The notes under the pieces were generated by a model. That model was given only the letters and a program-made list of their open reading frames with translations. It had not been told where the DNA came from and made no database searches. A DNA stretch of 51,434 nucleotides from Thraustochytrium aureum (Eukaryota), in the NCBI GenBank assembly GCA_012862495.1, contig BLSG01000152.1:74617-126050 (forward strand), written 5' to 3'. The translations under genes were made by a program, and so were the position numbers. The stretch's first letter is position 1. Every line of letters starts with the position of its first letter. This document shows, piece after piece, positions 23,201-38,200 of the stretch.

Positions 23201-26200
23201 CTGGACAACGCCGCTCGGCGCACCGAACGAGCAGGTCCAGCCCGGGTCGCCCTCTTGGTAACCTTCGTATGACTCGCTGACAGCAGAGTCGAGCGAGAAC
23301 GAGATCGGTGTCCCTCCAGAAGTCGGTCCGCGGCCAGGGCCATCGAATCTGGTTGCACCGATGGCGCTGTAGGTGAATGTTGCGGATGCTTCCAAGAGCT
23401 CCTGACCGTTTAGAGTGAGTTCGAGCTTGACCGGTACAGCGGACCGAACAGCGCCAGGCCACGGAGGAGAGACGCACTCCACCCGAAGCACGCCTCCGCC
23501 GGCTCCTTGAGCGAGCTCGGAGTCGTGCCCCGCAAGGACACGCCCCGATACGCGTCGCCCTGGGTCACCAAACTGGCACTGGGGCACCCAATCCTCTACC
23601 ACGGCCGTCGCGTGCAACTCAATGGTAACGCGTGTGCCACCGTGCGCTCCGCCAACCTCTGGTGTCACGGACAGGATATCGGTATGCCAAAACGGAGAAA
23701 ACACCATGGCGTCTGCAGCATCGCCAGCCTCCTCAAGCCGCTTACCGTTGGCAAGAACAGTGACGCGGCGACGGGCCAAGGCCTGGTCTGCATTTCCTGG
23801 GCTCATGGGTGGGGTGACGCACTCGATCAGGTTGGAGGAGACGAAGTGAGCGGGAGACAAGTTTTGCGAGCCAAGTGAGCTCTCTGCAAAGTCACACATG
23901 AGCACGTCCATGGCAGAAAACCGAGCCCCAAGAATCGAAACTCGGGTTCCGCCCCGGCCAGGACCGAGACGAGGGCGAATCGAGGCCACAAAAGCCGGTG
24001 CCGCATACGTGAACTCGAGTGACTGGGCGCTCCAGTCGCTTCCCCCGTTCGTTGATACCCGAACCAACACCATGCCCTCGTTCAGACCCATTTGAAGGCG
24101 GAACCTCGCACTCCAGCTCGGTACTGCTGGAAACCACGGCAGTCACGACTTTGAGCTTGCCCGTCGCCGAGTCCTCGCCGAACGAACAGACTGTCTGTCC
24201 CTGGACAAAATTCCAGCCCTGGATTTGCACGACCCCAGATCCCAACGTAGACCCCGTGTCAGGCCAGAGACGGATGAGATGAGCGGCTGGACGGAACTCA
24301 AAGCGGAAGCCCGTTTCGAGCACCGCCGACTCGTCGAACGACAGCCCAAGAGGCACGGAGAAGTTGCTATTGGCCGCAGCTCCTCCATTTGGCGCCGCAG
24401 GGGATTTGCACTCGAGCGCTGCTCCAGCATCGAGTCTCACTGCGCGCGAGGTGCTGTCTCCGAAGTGGCACTTTGCGTGCAGGCCGCCAAGATTCTGGCC
24501 CTCGATGCGAACAATCGTGCCGCCCGCAGACGAACCTGCAAGAGGCAGAACAGATCGCACGATCGGCGTATCGTAGGCCGTAAAGGAAATGGNNNNNNNN
24601 NNNNNNNNNNNNNNNNNNNNNNNNNNNNNNNNNNNNNNNNNNNNNNNNNNNNNNNNNNNNNNNNNNNNNNNNNNNNNNNNNNNNNNNNNNNNNNNNNNNN
24701 NNNNNNNNNNNNNNNNNNNNNNNNNNNNNNNNNNNNNNNNNNNNNNNNNNNNNNNNNNNNNNNNNNNNNNNNNNNNNNNNNNNCGTCGTCGTCACCCTTG
24801 AGAGCAGGCTCGAGAAAGACCCCGGATGGGTATTCCACAACAACGACGTAGCGCTGTGGTACCTGCAAAGGCGGCGAAACGCACTCTACAGTATCAGCGG
24901 AGCGCCAGATCGCTTTGGAAGCAGCCGCCCCATGCTTGACTGTGTCGTCCGAGGTGCGCGTCGAGGCTGGCCAAAAATGGCAAGTCATGCCCTCCGATTC
25001 CTCCCCTCCTTTCCCCCAAGGCCGGGGGAACCCTGATCCTGAGATGCGGACTAGCGTACCTCCGTTCACCGAGCCAGCACGTGGCCAAACCGAACTCACG
25101 CGGGTTTGGCTCGTGTAAGCGAACTTGTACGGAAGCAGCGTTGAGGCACCTTCGCCAAAGCGAATCGACAACGAAACAGTGCCCGCGCCGCCGACCGCCT
25201 CTCGGGACGGGGCGATACAGGTGAAGCGATCACCTTGCACCTCAATCGCTGGAGCCACGACTTGCTCCCCAAAGACGCACGCAAGCGCTTGTGGCATGGC
25301 TGAGAGACTGTGGAGCCCCTCATCTGCAGAGATACGCTCAAACGCGCCCTGGATAAGTATGCGGGTACCGCCGTTCTCTGAGCCAGAGCGTGGATGTACC
25401 TGCGTCACTGCAAATGGCGGGGTAAAGGTAAACAATCCACGATCTGTGCCAGAGCTGCCGAAAAAGTCAGCCCCGTTCACGGTGATCCGAAGTCCAACCT
25501 CTCCAGTGGTCGGCACGCGGGGAGCAACGCACGAAATTTCGTTCGAGCTCCGAAAGGTCGCAGCCGCGCGAGCAAAGACGAAGTCGCACGCCAGCTGCGG
25601 AGTATGCACAAAGTTCGTGCCGCGGATTGTCACAATCGTGCCCCCCGTCGTGGCGCCGCTCTGTGGCTCAATCGACGAGATAGTAGGTCGCGCTGAGAAG
25701 AGGAACATCCCTGCGCCCTCATAATCGACATTGTTGTTCGAAACCTGCACCTCTGCAGGCCCGAGCTGGGCCACCTTTGGCGTCACACATCGCATCGTTC
25801 GCTCGTCAACCCACTCTGCGATTCCCTTGAGCGAGGCCCCGCTGCTGAGAAAGCGAAATTTGCAGGCAAGCTGGGCCGAGTTGTAGAACACCCCTCCGCG
25901 AACGACAATTCGAGTGCCACCCCCGTCCGAGCCGACCCGTGGACTAATGGTTGCCACATGCATTCGCTGCGTGTATACAAAGCCGCCCGCGCTTCCACGC
26001 GCAGCGCCCTGCGCATCTCGAACGACAACAAGGCCGACTTGGCTTTCAGACATGCCGCTAAACTCCGAGGCTGTAGACGCGCCTACATCTGCCCTCGGAG
26101 TCAAGCAAATGATTTCAGACTCCGACAGTACGATTGCAGGGACCACGTCGTGGTTGCCAAAAATGCACCCCGGCTCTGGGCCGTCGAGGTTGCGGCCGTT

Positions 26201-29200
26201 GATGCGAACGGCAGTGGAGCCCGCAACGCTTCCTGCGCGTGGCGCGACACGCGAAATGACCGGGTTGTAAAGGACACGCAAGACTTGCGCGTTGTCGAGA
26301 GGTCCATCGAGATCCCCGCTCCGCGCAACCCAGAAGAGGATATGTTGTGCGGCATCCGAGCGCATATCGAGCGCCGGGGACTCGCACTCTACTTCTTGAG
26401 AGCCGTGCACGGCTGCAGGAACCGTGGCCCTCCAGGTAGAGTTTTGCTCAGCGAAGCGGCACTGCAGGTTGTCGGCCGACCCAAAATTCGCCCCACGCAC
26501 TCGAAGTAGGGAGCCCCCTGCTGCAGCGATGGAGCTGGGCTTCACAGAATGCACGCGAGGCCCGTCGCGAAGGAAAAGGGGCGAAAGCGCAAGGCTAGGC
26601 ACAGCGGTGCCAGCCGCGAACAGGTGCACCACGGAGGACATGAAGGGTCCCGCGATCAACTCTGCAGGGAGCGGGCAGGCGATGCACGATGCGTTGACCC
26701 ATTCGGCTCGGTAGTCGCGCCGCCAAACCCGGGAAACTGGCAATCGACGGGAAGGCTTGCGGAGAACCCAAACCCTTTAACGGAGACGCGCTGGCNNNNN
26801 NNNNNNNNNNNNNNNNNNNNNNNNNNNNNNNNNNNNNNNNNNNNNNNNNNNNNNNNNNNNNNNNNNNNNNNNNNNNNNNNNNNNNNNNNNNNNNNNNNNN
26901 NNNNNNNNNNNNNNNNNNNNNNNNNNNNNNNNNNNNNNNNNNNNNNNNNNNNNNNNNNNNNNNNNNNNNNNNNNNNNNNNNNNNNNNNNNNNNNNNNNNN
27001 NNNNNNNNNNNNNNNNNNNNNNNNNNNNNNNNNNNNNNNNNNNNNNNNNNNNNNNNNNNNNNNNNNNNNNNNNNNNNNNNNNNNNNNNNNNNNNNNNNNN
27101 NNNNNNNCGTCAGTAGCCACTGGAGCTCTGACGATGCGGATTTGAGCTACGTCTGTCAAAGACACCAAATCTCCAAAGCCGGGCTCCGAAATTGAGACTG
27201 ACGCGACAACGTCAGGTGTGTCCGCAAGAGCCCCGAGTTCGAGTTGGCCCACGCAGCGGATGTATTCGGGTTCGGCGAGGGTGGATTCACAAGCCAAGCG
27301 GCCCACTTGAAGACCCGCGACCGCAACCTTGCATTCTGTTGCGTTCGAGTCTGTCCAGTTTCGCCCTGCCCTGCGGGCGGAAAGCGTAACGCTTTTCGTT
27401 GACGCGGCGGCGCTCACTACCAGCGTGCTGGGCTCCACGGTGAGTGGCGCGACCTCCTCGAAAGCGAGTGTTGTTGGTTTGTCTCCGTGCAGGAAGTCCA
27501 CCCCGTTGAGCGTCAATGTCAAAGTACCAACAGCTCCCGTGGGCAAGAGGTGCTCCATGCCAAAGTGGCATGCCACACGGCGCGGCGATACATAGCTTGC
27601 AGGGATCGCCGCCGAGCTTCCCTCCAGTCGGCAGGCTAGCGCAGCCGATGGCCAAAACCCTTGCCCAGATACTAGGACGGTCGTGGGAACGCGAGAGGAG
27701 ACCACAGAAGGCTCAGCCGAGCCGAGTTTGGCAGGGGTGAAGAACCGAAATGTCCCCAAATCATACACAACGACTTGCTCGAACCCCGTGGGGCCCGCTT
27801 CGCCGAACGCCACATGGAAGGTCTCCTCGATAGATCCCCGAGGGGCTGGCCGTGCTGCTGCTGGAGCGGTGAGACAAATTACCTCCGTGGAGGACACCAT
27901 TTTTGCAGCGATTGGCGCTCGGGAACCAAAGCGGCACTGAGCACTGGGCAGCGCGTTCATGTGCGTCCCGAGGACGCGCACTTCGGTCCCGCCAGCGAGT
28001 GAGCCCGAAGACGGCGTTAAGCCATCAGGTTCCGGCACCCGACCCAAAACGCGCACTTGTAGCCCTGTTGCGCGAAAGGATCGGCCTTGATCAAGAGAAA
28101 CCCAAATCGGGACGTCTGAGAATGGCGCGGGCGAGCGGAACAGCTCGAAAGGAACAATGCAGGCGATGTGGTGCCCACCCGCTCCACTCACCAAGGTGCC
28201 AGGGGAGTGCCGCGCTTCGGTACGCGGCCCAAATCCACAGACTGGCGACCCGACAACGCTCGGCAGGTTTTCGAGATGTAGCGACACTCGTGCGAGGCCG
28301 GAAGCACCATCTTCGAGGCGGACGTGGCGCGGCGAAACACCAGAAAAGATCGTCGACTCCTCGAGCCAGGCAAGACGTACTTGTGCCAGGGTCGAGCGCG
28401 GTTGGATCGTCCTGCAGTCCACACTGAGGCCGACGGAAACAAGCACAGAGCCGCTGTGCACTCCTCTTGCAAGCGACCGCACGACTTCTGCTCGGGTCGG
28501 GCGGGCACACGCTACTTCCACGCCCGACACGAAGGATGCTGGAGTGAAGAGAGCCCCGTCCGCAAAGGTGCAGCACAAGGAGCCCGAGTCGACAAAGCCC
28601 GCTCCGCGGAGGGTCAATGGCGGCGCAAAAACGTCTGACTCTTGCACCCTAGTCGAAACGTTCAAGCCGCCATCTTCATAGACGATGTCGTCTGGCTCAA
28701 CAGCAGCGACTTGCCAAGAAGGAACAATGCGGACAATTGCGTCGCGTCCTGCAGACGGCGCCCAGGTCTGCGAGTCGTCGATGGAAATGCAGGTCTCATA
28801 TTCGCCTGGCTCGATGGATGCGCTGCCAAGGTCGCACCTAGCTCGGGTGGCAGACAGCGCAGTTCCTTGGGCCTCCATGCCGCGTCCCGAGCAGTTTGCA
28901 TCCGCACTTGCGTGCACGAGCTTGCAACGAAAACTGAGTCCCTCGGAAACCGGGAAGTTGTGTCCAAGGACCTCCAACTCTGCCTGTTCGCCAGGCAGAC
29001 GCTCCGCAGCGACAACCTTTGGAAAGACCGCCTGGAGACGCGGGATGTGAAGGTAGGTGAATCGAGCGATCGCGAGGACGTCGGATCCTGGTTGTGCAGA
29101 AACCGCCACAAAAACGTGACCGGGCGTCTCTGCATGCGGCATGTCACAAAAGGCCACCCTCGTCGCCGCATCCCACGCCCCGGACTCCACAGAGACAGGT

Positions 29201-32200
29201 GTCATCAAGTCCAGCGCCATGTAGACGGTGCAGACCACACCGGCTAGCTCACCGTCAGCAATCGGCCCAATCGCGACGCTCGTGCCTCCGGCCATGGGCC
29301 CACTACGCGGCGAGCCAATGACTAGATCGCCTGCTGCTGCTGGCGAACTAACGCGAAAAGAGATCGGCGCCGCAGAGATTTGCAATTCGCGCTCTCCAGC
29401 AAATACGGTAAAGTTGACTTGCCCGCCAGCAACAGCTCCTGAGCCGTCAGTCGCGGCGAACGGAACGATGCATTCTAAGGAATCGGAGCCTAGAAGTCGG
29501 GCGGGAACCAATGCCTCGCCAAATGCGCAAAACATCCGAACTCCGCGCCGAAACCCGGCACCAACTATCTTCACCTTCGTCCCAGGTTCGCCTTGAGCTG
29601 GCACTACGCGATCGAGCTTGAGCGGATGCAGAACCACGAGGTCAAGAGCACCCCTTGCTTGACCGCCCGAGGCGCTCGGCTCGTTCACGACAGCGACCGC
29701 AACCGGTTCTTCAGTTGCGCGTGAGGCCATTCTGGGGTGGAGCAAAGCGCGCGCGACGCCGAAACCCACATCGCCGGGGTGTCTGTGCAGCGGCTGGCAC
29801 TGCAAAATCGGCATGCGAGCTCGGGAGACGGCGCAAAGTTGGCCCCCGAAACAGCCAAGCGCGTACCACCTAGCGAGGAAACATACGGCTTGTCGAGACC
29901 TAGGACGACCGCCTGGGCAGATCGGATCAAGCTCGCGGGTCGCCCGTTATGGCGGGCAATCTCAAAATCAGCTCCATTCAAAGCGACCTGAATCGGGTCT
30001 TGAGCCACGACGATGGCAGGCGCCCTGGTCGGATTTTCCAACGGGTGGACCAAGCACCTAAGCGTTCTGCCGTCTTGCACGGCGCACGCGCTCAGAACGT
30101 CGCTCTGGCTGAATTTCACGAGGGGGGCTTGCGCGAATTGCAGCTCCTTCGTGAACGTCAAGGTTACGTTCGCTGACTCATCAGCGCAAACGCTTCGTGG
30201 AGCGAAGCTTTCCAGCTCCGGAAGCCCAACGAAAGAGAATAGCGGCACGCCGCTTGTGTCCACGCTGTGAGTGATCTCGCTCCCCAAGGCGATCGAGACG
30301 CGCACGTCCATCTCCTCCTCCATTGGCGGTGAATAGCACTCGAGCGAGGTGTCTGCGATACGCCTCGCCGGGACCGACTGAAGCGCAACCTGGTCCTCAG
30401 CATCGACTTGAACAAAAACGCACCAGTACTCTTCACCAGAGCCAAACCCAGTTCCGCGAACCAAGATCCGCGTCCCTCCAGATGTCGGGCCCATGTTGGG
30501 GCTTACCTCTGCAACGCGAACATGAGGCACGATTACAATCGCGACTGCGTTGTTGGAAATGTCTTGCCCATTCGAGGAGACGGCCACCGTGACGCTTGTG
30601 ACTCCCGCTTCTAGAATCTTGTCCGCAGGCGGTAGGATGCAAGACGCTTCCGTCTCGCTGGTGGCATGCCCTGACGTGGTAGCTCGTGAAACGCCCTGCA
30701 CAATCCAGTGGCATGTAAGAGATGATGTCCTGCCAAACCCCGCCCCGTGCAGCGCGACTGTTCCCCGAGAGATTCCAAAGTCCAAGTGCGAGAGCCGCGT
30801 GGGTTCGGCACGAAAGACTTCCGGCCTGGGCTGAAAGCGAAACGGGAACACGTCGAGTTCCACAAAGTCCTCGGCACTTGAGCCGGCTAGGCGAAACGCC
30901 AGAGACACAGAGGACTCTCGGGTCGAGCCTGCAGCGGGCGTCCGGCAAGCCCACTCTGCCACTTCCGCGCCGCCCGCGCTCAAAGGCTGGGCTTCTATGT
31001 CAACTGCGGGCGACGAAGAACTCTCGCCGAACCGAAACCTGCACACTGTTTCGATGCCGTCGAGGAGAATGCCGGCCGCCGTGCGGACTAAAAGGCGAGT
31101 TCCGCCCTCTATCGGCCCGTGGGCGGGCTCAAAGCTACTCGGCGACTGGGGAAGGTCCCGCAGCTCCACGTGCACGCCGACGGGAGAGAACGCGCCAGAC
31201 TCTGTAAAGGTCGAAATTTCGAGCTCGCCCGCTCTCAAACTCGTCGGCGGGATCGAGCAGAGCGCTGCCGCACTTGTCTCGTTGAAAGTCAGCGAAACTG
31301 GCCCTGGCTCACCGTCTCCTAGCCGGCAGAGCAGCTCCAGGCCCTGTCCCAGCGAGATTGCAAGCGCGCTGCTGACCTCGTCGAGGTCNNNNNNNNNNNN
31401 NNNNNNNNNNNNNNNNNNNNNNNNNNNNNNNNNNNNNNNNNNNNNNNNNNNNNNNNNNNNNNNNNNNNNNNNNNNNNNNNNNNNNNNNNNNNNNNNNNNN
31501 NNNNNNNNNNNNNNNNNNNNNNNNNNNNNNNNNNNNNNNNNNNNNNNNNNNNNNNGCGAGCACTCGCTCTTGAGCGGCGGAAAGCGGGGCCAATGTCGTC
31601 AACGGCAGGTAAAGTACTTCCTGCGGAGTTGCGAAATAATCTTCGCCGTTGAAAGACACCTCAAGCCCGGCCCTCGAGCCACCGGGGGCCAGCTCGAGCG
31701 ACGAATCCCAGTCAGGCACGTCACACTCGATGATCCCAGTCTGAAGATCGAGCCTGCCGCGCGCAGGTAGTGCGAGGGCGGTGTCATCAAACGAAACCTT
31801 GCAAAATGCCTCCGGTGCTACCGCGCCTTGCACAACGCGGTCCAAGTTCGTGACGGTGACCTGAACGGGCGAGTTTTTCGAGGGCCCAGCTAGTTTTGCT
31901 CTGCCTCCGTCAAGGAATACAGGTGAGGGGTGCAAGTAGAACGACGCTGCCACCGTATGCTCGAGAACCGCGTCCACATGGCCCTTAGAGTTCTCCACAC
32001 CTCGAGCAAGCTGCTCAGCCAGCGCTGCAGAAACGAAGCGAACTGCACAGCTTGCTCCAGTAAGTCCATCGTCTTTGAATCCCGACAAGAGGGAACGCGA
32101 AGAGCACGATGACGAAGCAGAGTCAAAGACACTCGAGAAAGAAAATTCGTCCGCGTCAATCCCCGTCCTGCACAAGAACCAGCACGCAAACTCGGTTTCC

Positions 32201-35200
32201 ACAGCGATGCCTTGCTCAAGACGAACTTGCAATCGAGTCTCGTGGCCCAAAAATGACGCGCGCTCCGGGTAGACAGCAATGAGGCCAGGGAGAGCATGAA
32301 AGGCCACCGTGGAGGATGAGGGCCACACATCGACGCCATTGCTCGACAAATGCAAACTTTGCACACCGGACTCCAGAGAGACATCTGGAGCTTGGCACAA
32401 CGCCGTCGAGCTGTTGAGGACGGTCGCTTCTGTGATCGCGGGGACTGTTTGGCCAAAGTGACAGTACCGAACGCTTTGCGCGGACAGGTTCAGGCCACTG
32501 ACAACAAGGTGCCCGGGCCAGAGCACTCGCGATGCTTGCCCGACGGGTAGCGAATGGGCGCTTGGGATGTGCACCGGCGGCTCCACAAAAGTATACCCGC
32601 CGTCGAGGGGCTCTGACCAGTCGAGTCCGCCATCGCAGGAGACTTGAAGCGTAACGCGCCCCGCCACGTCCTGGGGCGGGGCCACACACTCAAGGTTGCC
32701 GCGACTCGCTGAGAGGGCACTGACGACATCATCGCCGAATCTGCAACTACACATGGCACCGAACGCAGACCCGGACAAGTGCACCGCTGTGCCGCCAGAC
32801 ACCGGACCCACGTTGGGGCGAGCCGAGACGAGTGCCGGCGTCTGGGTGTAGGTGAAAGTAGCCACCGCGACGGGCCGAGAGGACGAGTGCAGCGAAATCT
32901 CGACAGAATGCGGTAGCGGTCGCTCTGAGAGCGGCACCGGGGGCGATACGCATGAAAACGTGTCAAACCCAAGCTGTCGCGCAGGAGCCCGCTCAGTGTC
33001 GCCGAACTGGCAGTTCTCGACTATCACGTCTGAAGAACCAAATACCGCAGTTGCGTTCAGGACCTTAAAAACCACCGTGGTGCCTCCGCTCGCCGGGCCG
33101 CCGAGCGGGCTGGCCTCAACAAGCCTCGAACCTGGCAGAACCGGCGAAACGACGGTGAGCGTTTGCGCGCCTTCGGGCAGCTCAAGCTCTGTGAAGCCGT
33201 CGTTGGTGAGCAAGCGGACACGGTGATCGCCGAGCGGCAGGTCGCGCGGCTCCAGAGCGCAAACGACCACAGATTCGCTGGCGTATACGGCAGGCACCAC
33301 GAACCCGTGCTCCCCGATGTGGCATTGCAACTCGGCAAGCGAGGTGAATCCTGATCCGCGCACTGCGACAAACGTGGAAACCGAGTAGTCCACAGCACCC
33401 GGTTCGAGCCCGAGCAGGACAGGCGCTTTGTATACCAAGAGAGCGTCAGCGAAGGGCTCGGACAACTCCTCCGCGCTGTTGGAGACGAAAGCCGTAACGT
33501 GATACGTCTTGCCCGCCTCTGGCTCGCGAAACGGTATCGCCTCGCACAAAACCGAATCGTCGTCGCCATCCAAGCGCGCGGGAACGGTCACTCGCTCGGT
33601 TCCAGGTTCTCCATCGGCCGCCACCGGCCAAGTAAAGTGGCATGAGAGCTCGTCGTTCTCAGCAAACCCTGACCCCCATAGTCGAACTGGGACGCTCGCT
33701 GCTGATATAGCGGTTGGCGAAACGCGGAAGAGGCTCGGACGCGCTGTGAAGGTAAACGCAACCCCGCCAGCACTCTCAGCAATGAATGAGCTGGCCTCAG
33801 GACCTTGAAGATCGTCGCCATCCCAAAACACGACGCTGACACGCGCAACGCCAGGGACGCCGTGAGCGGGCGTCTGGCACTCCAGCAGCGTGTCGTTGAG
33901 CACGTTTGCTGGCTGTGAAACTGCTTCAAACGCGGCGTGCCGCTCTTGGGCCACAAAGAGGCACCGGGGCAGCGGCGCGCCGTTGTGGACCGTTTCATAT
34001 TTCAGGAACCCTTGACCCTTGATGCGTACGGCAGTGCCGCCCTCCAGCCGCCCTAAGCTTGGCGTGATCCCAAAGAGATGCACAGTCGGCTCCGACTGCG
34101 TCTCTACGGCCTTCTCGGCGTTGGCGCTAATCAAGACGGTAACGTCTGACGGCGCCCAGTCGGCGCCGTTGAGCGACACGGAAACGACCCACTCGCTGCG
34201 GCCGAGCGTGCCAGCATTCTCCGGAACGAGGCAAGCCACCGACGTGTTGGAGACCAGCGTAGCAGGAGAATGCAGTTGAACCGGGTTTCCAAACCCACAG
34301 AGCATCGCCGGAGAAAACGCAAAGTTCGTCCCGAGAACCTCGAGAGCAGTGCCTGGAGCGGCGAGGCGCGGCGACACGCCGAGCAACGAATGTGAGGTGG
34401 CGTAGTAGACAAACCTGATCTGGCCGACGGACACAACGCGGCCTTCTACAGAAACAGAGACGTCAAACTCGACGCCAGACAGAGTCCGGACGTCTGGCGC
34501 GAGGCACGCCGCGTCAGCTGGGCCGAGAATGGCAAGCGGTGTCTCAACCCAGGTCGCCTCGCTCGACGCCCTGGTGAATCGGCAGCTCGAAGCGATCGAT
34601 GCATCTTGAAGGAGGGCATCAAAGCCGTCGCCCTGCAAGCGGATTTGCGTCCCCCCACTCGATGGACCGCTCAAGGGAGCGGCTGAATCAAGGACGAGCG
34701 TCGGGAGAAACGAGAAGGCTGTCGACGCGTTTGCCAAGCCTTGGGCAAAATCAAGCCCGTTCGGCGACCACGCGATATCGGCCCGGATCAACAGGTCTCG
34801 CCCAAAGCGAGCGCCAGAGCTTGCAGTTGCCGCACAGAGGTCGGAGAGCTTCGGGACCTGGCATATCGCGAATCCTGCATCCGAGTATTCACACGCCGTG
34901 ACGAAACGCCGCCCCTGCTCCCGAACTGTAACGGCACACCAGCACGGCTCCCGGGGGCGCCAAGCGCGCGGTCGGCCAAAATCGTTGCATTCGTCGCTTC
35001 ATGGCTCGGACCCATCCTTGGATCGATGCCTGTGACAAATGGCCTGTTCACGACGTCAATAGGCAATACGTTCGAAGCGAGGCCTTCAAATCGAAGCGCG
35101 ACTTGGACAGTAGCCGGCGCATCAATGGTATTTGGCAGAGAGCAGCGCGCTTCGCCACCGCCCGACACGGTGGCCTCGACGACTGCGAGGGGCGCGGAGG

Positions 35201-38200
35201 AGGACTGCGATGCTGTGAATACGCAGAGCACCGGGGCGTCTGGCGTCGGCGACGGCATGTGCTCTCCCTGAAGGCTGACCACGCCGCCTCGCCAACTCTT
35301 CGACGGAGCCGCGCTGAGCAAGCGAATGTCGTTCTTGATCTCAAAGAAGCAGGACTCCGGGCTCTCCGAGTTGCAGTGGAACTGCGTTCCGCCATTTGTG
35401 GAGATCGCGACGGCGAGCACTGTTCCAGCGTCACCGGCTGGGGAGAGGCATTCTACGACACTGTCAGAGCGAAGCCTCCCTTCCACTGGGCTCAGCGAAC
35501 CAAAGCGGCAGAAAGGGGCTGCACCGCGCGGAGGCGCCAGGTTAAAGCCGCGCAGCAAGATGCTTGCGCCTCCCGCCGGGCCGGCGGCTCTCGGTGAGAT
35601 CTCCACAACGTGCGGAGCTGCGATTGCGAGCAGTCTCGGCCGCGCAGAGCTGTCCGCGAGCACAGAGGACCCATCCTCACGCAGGAGGATGTCAAGCAAA
35701 CCGTCCCAGGCCCGATCCATTGGCGGAACAGCGCAAACTAGCGCACCTGTCGGCAAGCGCCTAGCGCTGACCCTGGCGCTGCCGACCATGCAATCCACGG
35801 CCTCGTGCATGTCGAATTCGGCGGAGTCTGTGCCTACCTGAATCTCTGCGCCGGAGTTGTACGCCCAGGATTGGGGCATCACGCTGAGGATCGACAGGGC
35901 TGGACGAACCTGGAGAGTGGCGAAGTCCTCCGAGAAGTCGATGCCGCCGTTCACACTGAGCCTCAAGTGAACATCGCTGACGTTGCCGGCAGCCACTTGC
36001 GAAAGGGTTGCTGCAGGAAGCCAGCAGGTGACGCCACCGTCGGCCGCGATCTGTGCGCGCAGGGGCTGGAGCACCTGCGCTCCAGCTCCAAAGGCTATTT
36101 GGCAAACCATGTCGCGCTCAGCCAAGGGGCCAAGCGCAACCGGAAGGTCCAGTAGGGAAACAGCAATATCCGCGCTGGCCCTCCGTGCCCCGAGAAACAG
36201 AGCGCTCGGGCGCACCGTGGCGCCCCGGAGAAGACCTGGAGGTGTCGCTTCGAAAACAGCGGAACCGATCTCGTCAATGCCGTTGTTGGTGAACGAAACT
36301 CTGAGGACGCCTGGCACGGCCATCGCAGGGTTGTGCACTCAAGCAGATTGGGGCCAACCAGAACCGCCGGTTGGCGAACCGCCGGCGACGCGCCTTCCGC
36401 TAGGGCGAAGACGCAGCTCAGCTCGCGCGCCTCAACGATGTGGTTGACGAAGAGCAGAAGTGGAGTCCCTCCCAGCGCGGGACCCGCTTGCGGGAGAATC
36501 CGCAACAAGTTTGCGGGTTCCGTAAAGTGGAACACGAGCCCTGATGCAGACCACCGGTCTCGCCCTGCCAATTTGATCGACACGGCGGCAACGCCCGGCG
36601 AGCCAGCGTCCGGAACATCGCAAACCAAAGAGCTCAAGGAGGCGTTCCACTCTGCCGGTGTCGGCGCGAGGTCCGAGAAACGGCACTCCGCTGCCTCGAG
36701 CAGCGCTGCGTGGGCTGCGTGCCCCTGTACAGATATGGAAGCGCGCAGACGGGGAGCCCCAGCCCCACGGTGCACAGACGCCACCATCGGAGAAATCGAC
36801 AGAAAGCTCGGCTCATCGGTAATGACGGTGAGCATCGCCGTTTCGACAGGTTCAGACCACTCGACTTGGTTCACAGTGACAGTAACAGCGACCGGGGCGC
36901 TTGTCGACAGCGAGGCGAACGCCGATGGGAGCTGGCACTTGATAAGGGTGGGGGAAACGAACGTGGCCTTGCTCAAAGCCCCACCGAAGGAGCAAGCCAG
37001 CTCGTCCGAGAAACGGAAGTTGTCCCCTCGCACAGAGACGAGGTCACCAGGTTGCGCTGCTGGCGGGTCGAGCGCTTCGACGCGCGGCGCAGCAGCGAAA
37101 GTAAAGTCGACGCTACCAAGAAACAAAGAGTCGTGCGAGTTGGCGTGCAGGGCGAGCGTGGCACTGCCGCCCCACCCCGATGCCCAAGTCGGCGTGTGGC
37201 ACCGAACGAGCATTTCAGAGACCCAAACTGCCCGAGTAACCTGCACTTGGTCGGTGGAGACACCTGAGAACACGCAGGTGAGGTCGACAGCGCTGAAGAG
37301 GCCCTCGCCACGAATCTGCACAAGGGTCCCGCCACTGAACGAGGCGACAGACGGATAAACTTGGTGGACGAGTGCGGCAGCGCGGTACATGTGCGTTTGT
37401 GCTCCTGGTGCCCACACGACGTCAACGCCGTTTAGCGTCGCTGCCAACAGCGCGCCCCCCTCGTGCGCACTTGCTGGCGAAGGGCAAACGNNNNNNNNNN
37501 NNNNNNNNNNNNNNNNNNNNNNNNNNNNNNNNNNNNNNNNNNNNNNNNNNNNNNNNNNNNNNNNNNNNNNNNNNNNNNNNNNNNCCACGCGCGTCGGCTG
37601 CGCACCTTCAGGCGGAAAAAGAGGCAGGCAGGGGCCTCTGCAATAGCTTGCCAGTCAATATGGAGGTCGCCTTGGCCGAGTCCGGGAGCGACTTGAAGCG
37701 CGAGCGAAATGGGAACCCCCCCAGAAAGTGGGCCGTGGTCCGGGGCTGCCGAACGAATACCCACGGGGCGATGTACGTGTAGTTGAGCTGGCCAACTATA
37801 GCCCCGTTCCATTCAACGCGGACCTCAACCGGCCCGGGCCCGCTTCGACTTGGCGGCACTGCGCATTTTAGTTCGCTGTCGTCTGAAGCGGTCCCCCAGA
37901 CGACTGGCGCTGCGCCAAACCGACAAGCAATACGTTTCCCCGCGAAATTGGCTCCGCGCAGAGTTAGGATGGTCCCGCCAGCTGTCGAGCCATGCACAGG
38001 AGAACCGGGGTTGCTTGCGTCAAGCACGATGTCTCCCGTAACTTCGTGCTCAAGCACTCCATTTGCGTAGTGCATTCGGTCCAGGGCGAGCCGGACCTCC
38101 AGGACTCCGGCCGCTGACATGCCGGGTGGAGTTGGACAGGAGATGAGCCCAGAGTTTAAAACGAGAGCAGTGGTGTACCGTCTCGGGTTGGAAAACTCGC

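Noticed and set aside
16490..37770. Programmed ribosomal frameshifting or tiny introns to explain frame changes in the giant gene
   Set aside because: Shifts go in both directions with no shared slippery motif, and protein continuity needs only a single-base change, leaving no room for introns.
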